64,000 nt of DNA, from assembly GCA_051010635.1 (NCBI GenBank), contig JBPCVJ010000001.1, positions 9,542-73,541 on the forward strand, in the 5' to 3' direction. This document shows positions 42,174 to 51,625 of the stretch, piece after piece; within the stretch, counting starts at the first letter, position 1; each line of letters opens with the position of its first letter. The notes below the pieces were generated by a model, which did no database searches, was not told the origin of the DNA, and worked only from the letters and a program-made list of their open reading frames with translations. Source of the DNA: Alphaproteobacteria bacterium. GTDB taxonomy: Bacteria; Pseudomonadota; Alphaproteobacteria; JASGCL01. The position numbers and the translations under genes are program-made.

Positions 42174-42749
42174 TTATTTATTGGATTTTTCTCTGTTTAA
42201 TCTATAGCGATAATAAGCATCTTTGATATCATCAGATGGCTGTGTATGGGATTCTTGAAAATTCCATTTTGGAAATTTATTTTGTCCATGTTTTTTTTGA
42301 TAATCTTCTAAACAAACTTGCTCCATTGTTTTTGCATTGATTAAAACATTTTGTTTTTTTATAGAAAATATTCCTTTAATTTCAACATCATTTATTGTTT
42401 CAGCATATTGCATATATAATTCAACCTTGTTACCATCTTTTATTTCTTTTCTTATTAAAGCATTAATTGTAAATCGGTTAATACCGGGCGAGCCAGAACC
42501 GACTATTAAATAAAATTGCATAGCATCTTTGATACCACCCTTGCCAAGCGTTTGCCCAATTTTGTATAATTCGTCATTGACCAATATAAAATAAACGATT
42601 GATAAATATTTATTTTGTAACTTGTTAGGAAAATTTTTATCATAAATCATTTCAAGCGGAAATTTATATAGTTGATTTTTTTTGAATGGCTTAGCACTTA
42701 CCACTATTTCTCCAACCTTGATGGCGAATTTTAAGTCTTTGGATTTCAT
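42174..42749 (-). CDS. GIY-YIG-type nuclease candidate, putative restriction/effector partner of the adjacent methyltransferase
   Basis: 191 aa. IVYFILVNDELYKIGQT gives two Tyr strands spaced as in GIY-N10-YIG. The distal MEQVCLEDYQKKHGQNKFPKWN resembles the Glu...Asn helix of GIY-YIG enzymes. It lies 30 nt downstream of the MTase on the same strand. Confidence 0.5.
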   Translation of the reverse strand: MKSKDLKFAIKVGEIVVSAKPFKKNQLYKFPLEMIYDKNFPNKLQNKYLSIVYFILVNDELYKIGQTLGKGGIKDAMQFYLIVGSGSPGINRFTINALIRKEIKDGNKVELYMQYAETINDVEIKGIFSIKKQNVLINAKTMEQVCLEDYQKKHGQNKFPKWNFQESHTQPSDDIKDAYYRYRLNREKSNK

Positions 42750-42779
42750 AAAAAACCTATCATATTTTTTTATCTAAAA

Positions 42780-43757
42780 TTACATTTTAACGATTAATAT
42801 TTCATGCGATTCTTTTGGGGTGTTGCCTTTTTTGATTTTATTTTTACCGATGCGTGTTTCACCTAAAGCATAAGAATAATGCCATTCAGGAAAATACATA
42901 TCAAAATCAGCATAATATTTTCTAATGGTTTCGCAATTATTATAAGATAAAACAAATGGCCCATTGTGATGATAAAGCAAATCGCGTAATTTTTCATGGT
43001 TAAAGCCTGTATGATGAATATCAAAATTAGCGTTGGGATAAATGCCTTTGAACATTTTATTATCATTATCTTTTTCTAAATAATAAGGCGGGTCAAGATA
43101 AAGACAATCTTTATTATAATTTGCTATCACCTGTTCAAAATCGCCTATTTTAGCTTGTAATATAGGGTTTTTATATTTTTTAATCTTTTGTGCCATTGAT
43201 AACCATTTGTTTTTATTTTGATAAATTTTGCTAATCCAACCCAAATACATAGGACCATAAGATAAATTATGATTATAAAAATAATAAGCGGCAGCGGTTA
43301 TCGCATCTAGCTTGATTGGTTTTCTTTTATAATAATTCGTGTGCCACCCCGCCATCATTTCTTGTGTCTTATCCCAGCAAATAAGAATTTCTTTTATTTT
43401 ATAATAGTTTTCTTTATCAGGGCTTAAGGTAATTAATTTTTTATATAATTCATCAGGGTGGTATAATAATTGTTGCCAAAAATTTATTAAAGGATAAAAA
43501 ATATCATAACCAATCACTTCAATACTATGAGCCGAAGCCCATTTTGATTCTAAACTACCACCGCCTAAAAATGGTGATATAATTCTTTTTATTTTTGGTA
43601 ATGATAATATATGATGGGTGATGATATGATAGGCTTTTGATTTACCGCCAGCATATCGCAATGGTGTTTCAACCAAAGGTCCTTGCAAATTAAAATCAAA
43701 AAATGGCAGTTCATTTTTTTTACTTGTATTTTCTAAAATCTGTGCCCGATTCGTCAT
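42780..43757 (-). CDS. Dam/D12-class N6-adenine DNA methyltransferase
   Basis: 325 aa with RYAGGKSK, SPFLGGGS (FxGxG), LYLDPPYY (DPPY) and FVLSYNN. Confidence 0.85.
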   Translation of the reverse strand: MTNRAQILENTSKKNELPFFDFNLQGPLVETPLRYAGGKSKAYHIITHHILSLPKIKRIISPFLGGGSLESKWASAHSIEVIGYDIFYPLINFWQQLLYHPDELYKKLITLSPDKENYYKIKEILICWDKTQEMMAGWHTNYYKRKPIKLDAITAAAYYFYNHNLSYGPMYLGWISKIYQNKNKWLSMAQKIKKYKNPILQAKIGDFEQVIANYNKDCLYLDPPYYLEKDNDNKMFKGIYPNANFDIHHTGFNHEKLRDLLYHHNGPFVLSYNNCETIRKYYADFDMYFPEWHYSYALGETRIGKNKIKKGNTPKESHEILIVKM

Positions 43758-43906
43758 AATGGAAACCTTATTATTTTTTCACGCAATTTTGCAAGTAAAA
43801 ACATTACTTTTTTTTGTATTGATCCCGCTTGCATTTCAAAAACAAAAACATTCGGCTTGGCGACTCGCTAGCCTGTGGCAAAAATGATGGTGTGGTGTTT
43901 GGGGAT

Positions 43907-45427
43907 TCAGCACCCCCGCTTCATTCTTACATTGTAAAAATATTGGTCAAAGGCACGCACCATACAACGGGCAAGGTTGCGGCGAAAAGCGGGGGTTATG
44001 ATTTGTTTTTCCTGTTTGGCGCTGGAAAGAAAACCCATTTCCAACAACACCGATGGCATCACAACCGATTTCATCACTGTAAAGGCGGCATAGCGGTGGG
44101 GGCGATTTTTTAAAAATGTTACAGTGGGGGGGAATTTTCTTACCACCAATTTGGCGAAAATTTTTGATTGGGTTTCCTTTTGCCTTTTACCCAGCCCTAG
44201 CAATATCATTTTTGCATCCAGCGGCAAACCCTTTTCAAAAATTGATGCATATTTGTCCGAACGATTTTCACGCCTAGCCAGCCTTGCAGTTTCTTTATCC
44301 GATGCGACATTTGATAAAGTATAGATGGATGCCCCCAGCACATTCGGGTTGGGAAAAGAATCGGCATGGATCGAAATAAAAAAATCAGCCTTAACCTTTT
44401 CTGCCATGCGGTAGCGTTCACGCAAGGGGATATAATAATCGCCCTTGCGGGTAAGAAAAACCCGATAACGACCTGTTCGTTCTAATACCGATGCGATATG
44501 TTTTGCCACCGCCAGATTGATTAATTTTTCCACCGTGCCACGCCGACCGATAGCCCCCGAATCAACCCCGCCATGCCCAGCATCAATCGCTATCAATGGT
44601 TTTTGATTCTTGGCACGGGTTTTTACCAATGATGTTTGCGTTCGGTTGTTTGCGGCAATTTGCCTATCTTTTTTTTTGGTGGCAGGTGGTGGCGGAGTAT
44701 TGGATGATGTTATCAAATCATCTAGCTGTTGGCGGATAGGGGGTGTTTGCGATTCGGCATGAAATTTATCTATCAATGCCCCCACCTCATCATTTGGTTT
44801 TGGCGATGTTTTGTTGGCTGATATTTTGGTGGTTTTCTTGGCGATTTTTTTCTTAGTAGTGATTTTTTTCTTGGCGATTTTTTGTTTGCTAGCGGTTTGC
44901 CAGTTGGCGGATTGTTTTTTGAAACCTATCATCTGGCGACTGGGGGCAACCGATAGGGCGATGGTAAAATTTTTATTCCGCCCCCTATCGGTGTGGCGCC
45001 ATTTTGTAATTTGCAATGGCTTTTTCAAATCAAACAATAATCTGGTTTGCCCCGTATTTGGTTTGGCGAGGCTGAATTTTTTTATCCACCGATTGGTAGG
45101 TAGGCTTGACCTACTGCCTGCCACCTTGCCCACCATATCAATAATAATGCGTGGCGGATTAGCGACGGTAAAAACACGATAGGGGGTGGATTTATCAAAT
45201 GTTATCACCACCCCCGATCCATGACCTGATGGTTTAATTTGGATAGTTTTTACATTGATGATGCGCGATTTTTCCTGTGCCGCAATAGGGGTTACCATCA
45301 ATAAAAACAATAAACACATTGCCAAACAAATGGATGAAAATTTTTTCAAAACATTTATCAAGCCAATCAACCAACAGCGTAGTTGAAATTTTATGTTAAA
45401 AAAATTCATTACAGACCGCCAGTCCAT
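43907..45427 (-). CDS. amiC: N-acetylmuramoyl-L-alanine amidase with an N-terminal AMIN domain
   Basis: AMIN-like VVITFDKSTPYRVFTVANPPRIIIDM, a Lys-rich linker, and Amidase_3 motifs IAIDAGHGGVDSGA and SIHADS. Confidence 0.88.
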   Translation of the reverse strand: MDWRSVMNFFNIKFQLRCWLIGLINVLKKFSSICLAMCLLFLLMVTPIAAQEKSRIINVKTIQIKPSGHGSGVVITFDKSTPYRVFTVANPPRIIIDMVGKVAGSRSSLPTNRWIKKFSLAKPNTGQTRLLFDLKKPLQITKWRHTDRGRNKNFTIALSVAPSRQMIGFKKQSANWQTASKQKIAKKKITTKKKIAKKTTKISANKTSPKPNDEVGALIDKFHAESQTPPIRQQLDDLITSSNTPPPPATKKKDRQIAANNRTQTSLVKTRAKNQKPLIAIDAGHGGVDSGAIGRRGTVEKLINLAVAKHIASVLERTGRYRVFLTRKGDYYIPLRERYRMAEKVKADFFISIHADSFPNPNVLGASIYTLSNVASDKETARLARRENRSDKYASIFEKGLPLDAKMILLGLGKRQKETQSKIFAKLVVRKFPPTVTFLKNRPHRYAAFTVMKSVVMPSVLLEMGFLSSAKQEKQIITPAFRRNLARCMVRAFDQYFYNVRMKRGC

Positions 45428-45485
45428 AGGCGATATTTAATAATGATTCGCCCTTACTGTAAAGTAGAAAAATTCTGCAGATGAT

Positions 45486-45875
45486 TTATAAAATCCGCTT
45501 AAAAATTAATTTCAGCACCCATAATTCCAGCCATGCGACAAACAGCGATATTAATATCGCTACCCAAACAGGTAATGACAACCACGGCACTATCAGATGT
45601 TGCCAAACAATACCAAGGTGCAAATGCCGTTCAATAAAGACTTGAAAAAGATTTAAAGTGGCACTGGAGGCATTAAACCATGCGGATCCCATTTGCATAG
45701 ACCAATCGCTGGTTGCCAAAAAATAGATAGCAAAAAAGCTATAAAAGGCAATAACCGCCGCCACCAAACTGCGATAAAGCCAGAATAAAATAATATAGGT
45801 CATAGATCTATCATAAATGATTCGCAGCATAAGGGCAAGGGTAGGGGGTAAAGCAAATGGCAAGAAAGTCATCAA
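45486..45875 (-). CDS. Small hypothetical integral membrane protein (start uncertain)
   Basis: 129-aa ORF with 3-4 hydrophobic helices, upstream of amiC on the same strand. Its 5' end overlaps the divergent promoter, so an internal Met (about 45803) is possible. Confidence 0.4.
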   Translation of the reverse strand: MMTFLPFALPPTLALMLRIIYDRSMTYIILFWLYRSLVAAVIAFYSFFAIYFLATSDWSMQMGSAWFNASSATLNLFQVFIERHLHLGIVWQHLIVPWLSLPVWVAILISLFVAWLELWVLKLIFKRIL

Positions 45876-45878
45876 TGA

Positions 45879-45907
45879 TTGACAAGATAGTGAATTTGCA
45901 TTATTAT
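45879..45907 (+). promoter_or_regulatory. Sigma-70-type promoter of membrane-protein paralogue 1
   Basis: TTGACA-N17-TATTAT, 12 nt before the ATG at 45920. Confidence 0.5.
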
Positions 45908-45919
45908 CCGTACCTGTCT

Positions 45920-47467
45920 ATGAAAAGTAGAAAATACCTATCATCTGATAATTCTATTGTTGGGAAACATTGGGGAATTGTTTTTTTGCTGATGGTTTTT
46001 ACCTATATGGCATTGATGTCTTATATGATGCCAGTGTTGAAAGATGATTTTATCCTTATTGGCCCGGGCAAATTATTACCAAGTTGGTATGAATATTGGC
46101 ATCACGGTATTTATTCGGTTAAAGATTCGTTTTATCGTCAAGGTGGGCGATTTGGCTTTTTGCTTATGCCTTTTCTATATAAATTATTTTATCGTGCTCC
46201 TTTTGAAGAAGAATTATCAGAAATTATTTATGCCATCATCAATGGTGCTGTGTTTTTATCATTCTTATGGGGTTTGTTTGTTGTCATCTATGCTAGAAAG
46301 CCCAAATTATCTCACCGCCATGATTTAATAAGGATCATATTATTATTTTGTTTCGCCCTAACCTTATTGGCATCCATATTTGAAACGATATTTTGGTTTA
46401 ATGGGCGTATTTATCAATTATGGGCAACCACCATATTGCTATGGTTTTTGGTGTTTTATCGTTTGCGGTGGGCGGATAAGAATTTTTTGTCTTTTATGGA
46501 AAAATCTAGCAAAACAACCATCAAACAAATTGCCTTTTGGTGTTTTTTTATACCCTTTGCCATTGTGTCAGGTATGCAATCAGAAATTGGTAATGTGCTG
46601 GTGATAATTTTAATTGCTGGTATTTTTATTTATAAAAAATTTATCACAAATGAAAAAATACCCAAATGGATGTGGGTTGGATTTTTATTTTTTATATTGG
46701 GTTGTGTGATGATGGTGTCACCCCCTGGTTTTTATTATCGTTTTCAAAATGACCCCGTTACCCAAACCTATCACACCTTGCCCTTTTTAGGCAAATATAT
46801 CATCCACCCCCTAAAAGGTGCATTGATTTTTATATTAGGAACAAAATTATTGCCCATTATTGCTCTATTGGTATTGGGCTATTGGTATAAAACCATTCCC
46901 GTCAGGGGTAAAAATTTTTCCAATGGTTTAATAAAAAAAATCGAACACAATCGATCCTTTGGTTTTGCCTTGTTATTATTTATGCTAACTTTATTATACA
47001 TAGCTGGCATGGGGCTTAACCCTGCCCAATATGCCCGTACTTGGTTTGTTGGTTCGGTAATATTCTTATTGTGTTTTATGGTGATAATAGATTATTTTTT
47101 TCTATCTCCGAATCGATTATTTTTTTTGAAAAAAACCTATTTTGGCAAAACCATTTCACAATATCTATTTTCATTGATAAGCGGTGGTTTTATTATCTAT
47201 TTGGTGTGGATGTTTGCCTTCATGGTGGATTTTCGTCAAGCGGTCGATCAAAATATTCAATCGCTACTCGAACAAAAAACTATGGGTAAAACAACTATCA
47301 TTCTTAAAAAAATACCTGATAAATATAATTTTGTCAATCGCCATATTACTTATGGTATAAAATCTGCTGTGTCGCCATATTATATAAGTGTAGACATAGC
47401 GGGGATGAATTGGGTGATGGCAAGGTATTATGGTGTTAAAAAAATCATCTTCGTTCAAGACAATTAA
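45920..47467 (+). CDS. Polytopic membrane protein, paralogue 1 (possible GT-C-type glycosyltransferase)
   Basis: About 515 aa with at least 10 hydrophobic helices and an acidic DD motif just after TM1 (MPVLKDDF). It is about 75% identical by eye to the next gene. Confidence 0.5.
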   Translation: MKSRKYLSSDNSIVGKHWGIVFLLMVFTYMALMSYMMPVLKDDFILIGPGKLLPSWYEYWHHGIYSVKDSFYRQGGRFGFLLMPFLYKLFYRAPFEEELSEIIYAIINGAVFLSFLWGLFVVIYARKPKLSHRHDLIRIILLFCFALTLLASIFETIFWFNGRIYQLWATTILLWFLVFYRLRWADKNFLSFMEKSSKTTIKQIAFWCFFIPFAIVSGMQSEIGNVLVIILIAGIFIYKKFITNEKIPKWMWVGFLFFILGCVMMVSPPGFYYRFQNDPVTQTYHTLPFLGKYIIHPLKGALIFILGTKLLPIIALLVLGYWYKTIPVRGKNFSNGLIKKIEHNRSFGFALLLFMLTLLYIAGMGLNPAQYARTWFVGSVIFLLCFMVIIDYFFLSPNRLFFLKKTYFGKTISQYLFSLISGGFIIYLVWMFAFMVDFRQAVDQNIQSLLEQKTMGKTTIILKKIPDKYNFVNRHITYGIKSAVSPYYISVDIAGMNWVMARYYGVKKIIFVQDN

Positions 47468-47541
47468 TCTCATCTTGCCAAATATTTTTTTGGGGGGGGC
47501 GATAGAAGGGCAAAGCAAATGGCAAAAAAGCCCATCGGTGA

Positions 47542-47570
47542 TTGACAAAATAAATATAATATATTATTGT
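47542..47570 (+). promoter_or_regulatory. Sigma-70-type promoter of membrane-protein paralogue 2 (a duplicated copy of the upstream one)
   Basis: TTGACA-N17-TATTGT. The flanking gtgattgacaa context is shared with 45875-45885. Confidence 0.45.
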
Positions 47571-47591
47571 TCGGTATTGATATATCTCATC

Positions 47592-49142
47592 ATGAAAAAA
47601 AATAAAATAGCCACATCTATTGGAAAACATTGGGGAATCATTTTTTTTCTGCTGGTTTTTACCTATATGGCATTGCTGTCTTATCTGATGCCATTGATGT
47701 GGGATGATATTGCCTATACGCGGCAGGGAAAATTAATAGCCAATATCGATTGTTATACCGCGTTAGATTGTTCAAAATGGTTATATTTAAATGTGGGGTG
47801 GCGGTTTGTCTATTTGTTTATACCTTTTTTATATCAATCACTTTATCGTGCTCCTTTTGAAGAAGAATTATCAGGCATAATTCATGCCATCATCAATGGT
47901 GGTATATTTTTATTATTCTTATGGGGTTTGTTTATGTTACTCTATGCTAGAAAGCCCAAATTATCTCACCGCCATGATTTAATAAGGATCATATTATTAT
48001 TTTTTTTCAGCTTAACTTTATCGGCATCCATATTTGAAACGATATTTTGGTTTCATGGGCGTATCAATTATTTATGGACAACCACCCTATTGCTATGGTT
48101 TTTGGTGTTTTACCGTTTGCGTTGGGCGGATAAGAATTTTTTGTCTTTTATGGAAAAACCAACTACCAAAACAGGCAAAATATTTATCAAACAAATTGCC
48201 TTTTGGTGTTTTTTTCTACCCTTGGCTGCCATGGCTGGTATGGCATCAGACATTGGTAATATGGTGGTGATAATTTTACTTGCTAGTGTTTTTATTTATA
48301 AAAAATTTATTGTCCATGAAAAAATACCCAAATGGATGGGATTTGTTTTTTTGTTTTTTCTGTTGGGTTATAGTATTTTAATGTTAGCCCCTGGCAATGT
48401 TGTTCGCTTTGAATTTGAGTCCATTACCCAAGCCTATCAAACCCTACCTTTTTTAACCAAATATATCATCCACCCCTTAAAAGGCACATTGATTTTTATC
48501 ATAGAAACAAAATTTATGCCCATCATTGCCATGGTGGTATTGGGCTATTGGTATAAAACCATTCCCATAAGGGGTAAAAACCTTGCCGATGGGTTGATAA
48601 AAAAAATCAAACACAATCAATCCTTTGGTTTTGCCTTGTTATTATTTATGCTAACCTTATTATTTATAGCTGGCATGGGTTTGAATCCGATGCATTATGC
48701 CCGGGCCTGGCATGTTGGCACAATTATATTCTTATTATGTTTTATGGTGATGATAGATTATTTTTTTCTATCCCCACAGCGATTGTTTTTTTTGAAAAAA
48801 ACCTATTTTGGCAAAACCATTTCGCAATATCTATTTTTATTGGTAAGCGGTGGTTTTATTATCTATGCGGTTTGGGTTTTTACTTTCATGGTGGATTTTC
48901 GCCGCATAGCCGATCAAAGAATAGCATCTATTTTATTGCAAAAACAAATGGGTAAAGACATCATTGTCATAAAACCATGGCACGAAAAATATATTTTTTA
49001 TCGCTTTCAATCAAGGAAAAATGGTTATAAACATTTTGGCACAACCAACCAACAAACTATCATAAAACAGGAAGATGGAATACTAAGATGGTTGTTAAAA
49101 TACCATTACAGCGTAACAGATATTATTATTCAGGATAATTAA
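47592..49142 (+). CDS. Polytopic membrane protein, paralogue 2 (possible GT-C-type glycosyltransferase)
   Basis: About 516 aa with the same architecture and MPLMWDDIAY after TM1. The start is trimmed to the ATG at 47592. Confidence 0.5.
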   Translation: MKKNKIATSIGKHWGIIFFLLVFTYMALLSYLMPLMWDDIAYTRQGKLIANIDCYTALDCSKWLYLNVGWRFVYLFIPFLYQSLYRAPFEEELSGIIHAIINGGIFLLFLWGLFMLLYARKPKLSHRHDLIRIILLFFFSLTLSASIFETIFWFHGRINYLWTTTLLLWFLVFYRLRWADKNFLSFMEKPTTKTGKIFIKQIAFWCFFLPLAAMAGMASDIGNMVVIILLASVFIYKKFIVHEKIPKWMGFVFLFFLLGYSILMLAPGNVVRFEFESITQAYQTLPFLTKYIIHPLKGTLIFIIETKFMPIIAMVVLGYWYKTIPIRGKNLADGLIKKIKHNQSFGFALLLFMLTLLFIAGMGLNPMHYARAWHVGTIIFLLCFMVMIDYFFLSPQRLFFLKKTYFGKTISQYLFLLVSGGFIIYAVWVFTFMVDFRRIADQRIASILLQKQMGKDIIVIKPWHEKYIFYRFQSRKNGYKHFGTTNQQTIIKQEDGILRWLLKYHYSVTDIIIQDN

Positions 49143-49156
49143 TTTTATTAAACAGC

Positions 49157-49185
49157 TTGACTTTTGCTGATGGAGGTGCTATATT
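49157..49185 (+). promoter_or_regulatory. Strong sigma-70-type promoter with no annotated gene downstream
   Basis: TTGACT-N17-TATATT, with an overlapping TATAAT at 49185-49190. Confidence 0.5.
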
Positions 49186-49191
49186 ATAATT

Positions 49192-49470
49192 GCTTAAAAT
49201 TATTAAGGTTGTAAAACAAACGAATTCTTTTTGATAAAATATCAAAAAAGAATTTTAATTCAAGTTGTGTTAAGCACCGTTGATAAAGTGAAAAGCGGAA
49301 AGGCAGGTATTTATGAAAACTTTAGGCATTTTGTTGCTGTGGCATAACAAATGGTTCTGGTAATCTTTGTTTTCACAGAAACAATTAAGAAATAAGAATG
49401 GGTTGCTTGTTATAAGAATGAATCATATTTTTTAGCCCTCTCAAAACAAATTTGGGGGGGCGTTTTTTTT
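49192..49470 (+). ncRNA. Candidate small RNA or micro-ORF transcript (about 280 nt), unclassified
   Basis: Bounded by the promoter above and the plus-strand terminator below. It contains a 15-bp hairpin (gaattctttttgata/tatcaaaaa(a)gaattt), a 10-codon ORF MKTLGILLLWH, and no ORF of 60 aa or more. Confidence 0.25.
49435..49470 (+). terminator. Intrinsic terminator, functional only on the plus strand
   Basis: gccctctc / ggggggGc pairs with two G-U wobbles on the plus-strand RNA, and these become C-A mismatches on the minus strand. It is followed by TTTTTTTT. Confidence 0.6.
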
Positions 49471-49479
49471 GATAAAATT

Positions 49480-50214
49480 TTATTGCAAAAAATCTTTCAT
49501 GCTATAAATATTTGGTGGTTGTTTGGCTAACCATGCTGCTGCCCGCACCGCACCTATGGCAAACATTTTGCGATTTTTGGCATTATGTTTTAATGTTATC
49601 TCATCGTCTTTGCTAGAAAAAATAATTTCATGTATCCCCACCACATCGCCCGTGCGATGCGATAGATATTTTATATCCTTGGTGGTTATATTATTTTTTT
49701 TCATTCTGTCGCCGATGGCATTGCCTAAAATTTTTGCCGTGCCAGAAGGTTTGTCTTTTTTGTCAATGTGATGGGTTTCTTCAATGGTGATGTTGTAATC
49801 CTTAGCGAAAATATCAACCGCTTTCTTTGCCAATTCTAACAGCCCCATCACGCCAAAGCTTGTATTGGCCGCTAATAAAATAGGAATTTTTTCTTTGTGG
49901 GATGTTATATGTGTGATGGTTTTATCCAAAAGCCCCGTCACCCCGCATAGATAGGCGGTGCCATGTTTTGCCGCCAAGGCCGCATGGGCTTCGCATTGAT
50001 CGTTAATGCTGAAATCTATTGCCACTTGGCTGTTAGCTATGGCAGCTGATGTATCATCGCTAAAGGTTATTTGCCCTGATATTACTTTACCAATGCGTGC
50101 ATCGCCCTTTTTGACCACGGCACCAGTTAATTGATGGTTTGATTCTAAAACCGCATCTAGCAATAACTGCCCCATACGACCGCCTGCCCCTAAAATGGTT
50201 ATGTTTGTCATCAA
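49480..50214 (-). CDS. dapB: 4-hydroxy-tetrahydrodipicolinate reductase
   Basis: ITILGAGGRMGQ, EETHHIDKKDKPSGTA. Confidence 0.93.
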   Translation of the reverse strand: MMTNITILGAGGRMGQLLLDAVLESNHQLTGAVVKKGDARIGKVISGQITFSDDTSAAIANSQVAIDFSINDQCEAHAALAAKHGTAYLCGVTGLLDKTITHITSHKEKIPILLAANTSFGVMGLLELAKKAVDIFAKDYNITIEETHHIDKKDKPSGTAKILGNAIGDRMKKNNITTKDIKYLSHRTGDVVGIHEIIFSSKDDEITLKHNAKNRKMFAIGAVRAAAWLAKQPPNIYSMKDFLQ

Positions 50215-51620
50215 GCTAGCTGTAGCAGATAATTTTTCAAACCGCTTTTTATTTTTTTAACCAACCCATCAATTTTTTCACCATCATGCATTTGCACCAT
50301 TAATCGCAAAATTGATTTTTCTGTGCCAGAAGGCCGCAATAGAAAAACGCCGCCATGGTTATGCACGATCGATTCAATTTCATGTATCATGGGTTTGATA
50401 TCGCCATTGGCTATCAATTCACGCCCATCAATATCTGATTTTAAGGTAAAATTTTCATTATGTTCGGCAATGGTTTTGTATAATGATCCCAATGTTGATA
50501 GGTTGGTTTGATTATTTCTCATCGCATATAAAACTTGCAAAGCCGCCATCAGCCCATCGCCAGTGGTGCCATAATTTTTCATCACAATATGCCCCGAAGG
50601 CTCTCCGCCAATAACATAATGGTTATCCCCATTGTGATAGATTTTTTGAATAATATGTTTATCCCCCACATCAACCCGTGTAAATGCCACCCCTAAAGAT
50701 TTGATATATTCCTCAAGCCCGAGATTACTCATCATCGTGCCAACCACCCCGCCCGATAGTTTTTTTAATTTTTGCCAATGGAATGCGATGATAGCTAAAA
50801 TTTTATCGCCATTTAATATGGCGCCATTTTCATCAACCAATAGCAAGCGGTCGGCATCGCCATCAAGGGCAATGCCAATGTCGGCTTTTTGTTTTTTAAC
50901 TTCATCTATCAGATGCTTTGGGTGCAGGCTACCACAGGCATCATTGATGTTGAGTCCATTGGGGTCGATCGCTATTGCCTTAACCTCCGCCCCCAATTCA
51001 TGTAGCACCGTGGGGGCAATTTTGTAAGCCGCCCCATGGGCGCAATCAATGATAATTTTTAAGCCTTCCAAATTTTTGTCATCGGGAAAGCTGTTTTTTA
51101 CAAATTCAATATACCGCCCCATCGCATCATCGATGCGTTTTGCCCGACCCAATTGTGCCGATGGCACATTGGTTTCAATATCGCTGTTCATCAAAGATTC
51201 AATTTCGTTTTCCATAGATTTTTTAATTTTATAACCATTGGATGAAAATAATTTGATGCCATTATCTTGGTAAAGGTTATGCGATGCCGAAATCATCACT
51301 CCCAAATCGGCACGCATTGATTGGGTTAGCATGGCAAGACCTGGGGTGGGGATAGGACCTACCAACATCACATCCATACCCACCGAAACAAACCCCGCGG
51401 TTAAGGCAGTTTCAAGCATATAACCTGAAAGGCGGGTATCTTTGGCTATCACCACCCGATGCAATTCGTCGTGGCGGCGTGATTTTTCTCGGCTGGCAGC
51501 ACGGGCAAGATGCCCCGCCAGTTGGGCAACACGGGTCATAACCAATGGGGTGATAACCTTGTCGTTGGCAGTGCCACGGATACCATCGGTGCCAAAAAGT
51601 TTTGTAGGGTATTTTTGCAT
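50211..51620 (-). CDS. glmM: Phosphoglucosamine mutase
   Basis: FGTDGIRG, the active-site ISASHN, and DGDADR. Confidence 0.95.
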   Translation of the reverse strand: MQKYPTKLFGTDGIRGTANDKVITPLVMTRVAQLAGHLARAASREKSRRHDELHRVVIAKDTRLSGYMLETALTAGFVSVGMDVMLVGPIPTPGLAMLTQSMRADLGVMISASHNLYQDNGIKLFSSNGYKIKKSMENEIESLMNSDIETNVPSAQLGRAKRIDDAMGRYIEFVKNSFPDDKNLEGLKIIIDCAHGAAYKIAPTVLHELGAEVKAIAIDPNGLNINDACGSLHPKHLIDEVKKQKADIGIALDGDADRLLLVDENGAILNGDKILAIIAFHWQKLKKLSGGVVGTMMSNLGLEEYIKSLGVAFTRVDVGDKHIIQKIYHNGDNHYVIGGEPSGHIVMKNYGTTGDGLMAALQVLYAMRNNQTNLSTLGSLYKTIAEHNENFTLKSDIDGRELIANGDIKPMIHEIESIVHNHGGVFLLRPSGTEKSILRLMVQMHDGEKIDGLVKKIKSGLKNYLLQLA

Positions 51621-51625
51621 GGTTT

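Larger units (their letters stand above)
45870..49142. repeat. Tandem duplication of about 1.67 kb (promoter plus membrane-protein gene), two copies
   Basis: Stretches are identical at nucleotide level, for example ctatgctagaaagcccaaattatctcaccgccatgatttaataaggatcatattattatttt at about 46290 and about 47941. These alternate with diverged segments. Confidence 0.9.

Noticed and set aside
43829-44113. A 94-aa plus-strand ORF overlapping the amiC 3' end
   Set aside because: It is antisense to the conserved Amidase_3 domain and has no RBS or recognisable motif.
49290-49345. A tmRNA-like tag reading frame (..ENFRHFVAVA-stop) in the orphan intergenic region
   Set aside because: There is no tRNA-like domain (no GGTTCGA T-arm, no acceptor stem or CCA) anywhere in the interval. 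The tag does not end in the usual AA either. I have reported the region only as an unclassified sRNA or micro-ORF candidate.
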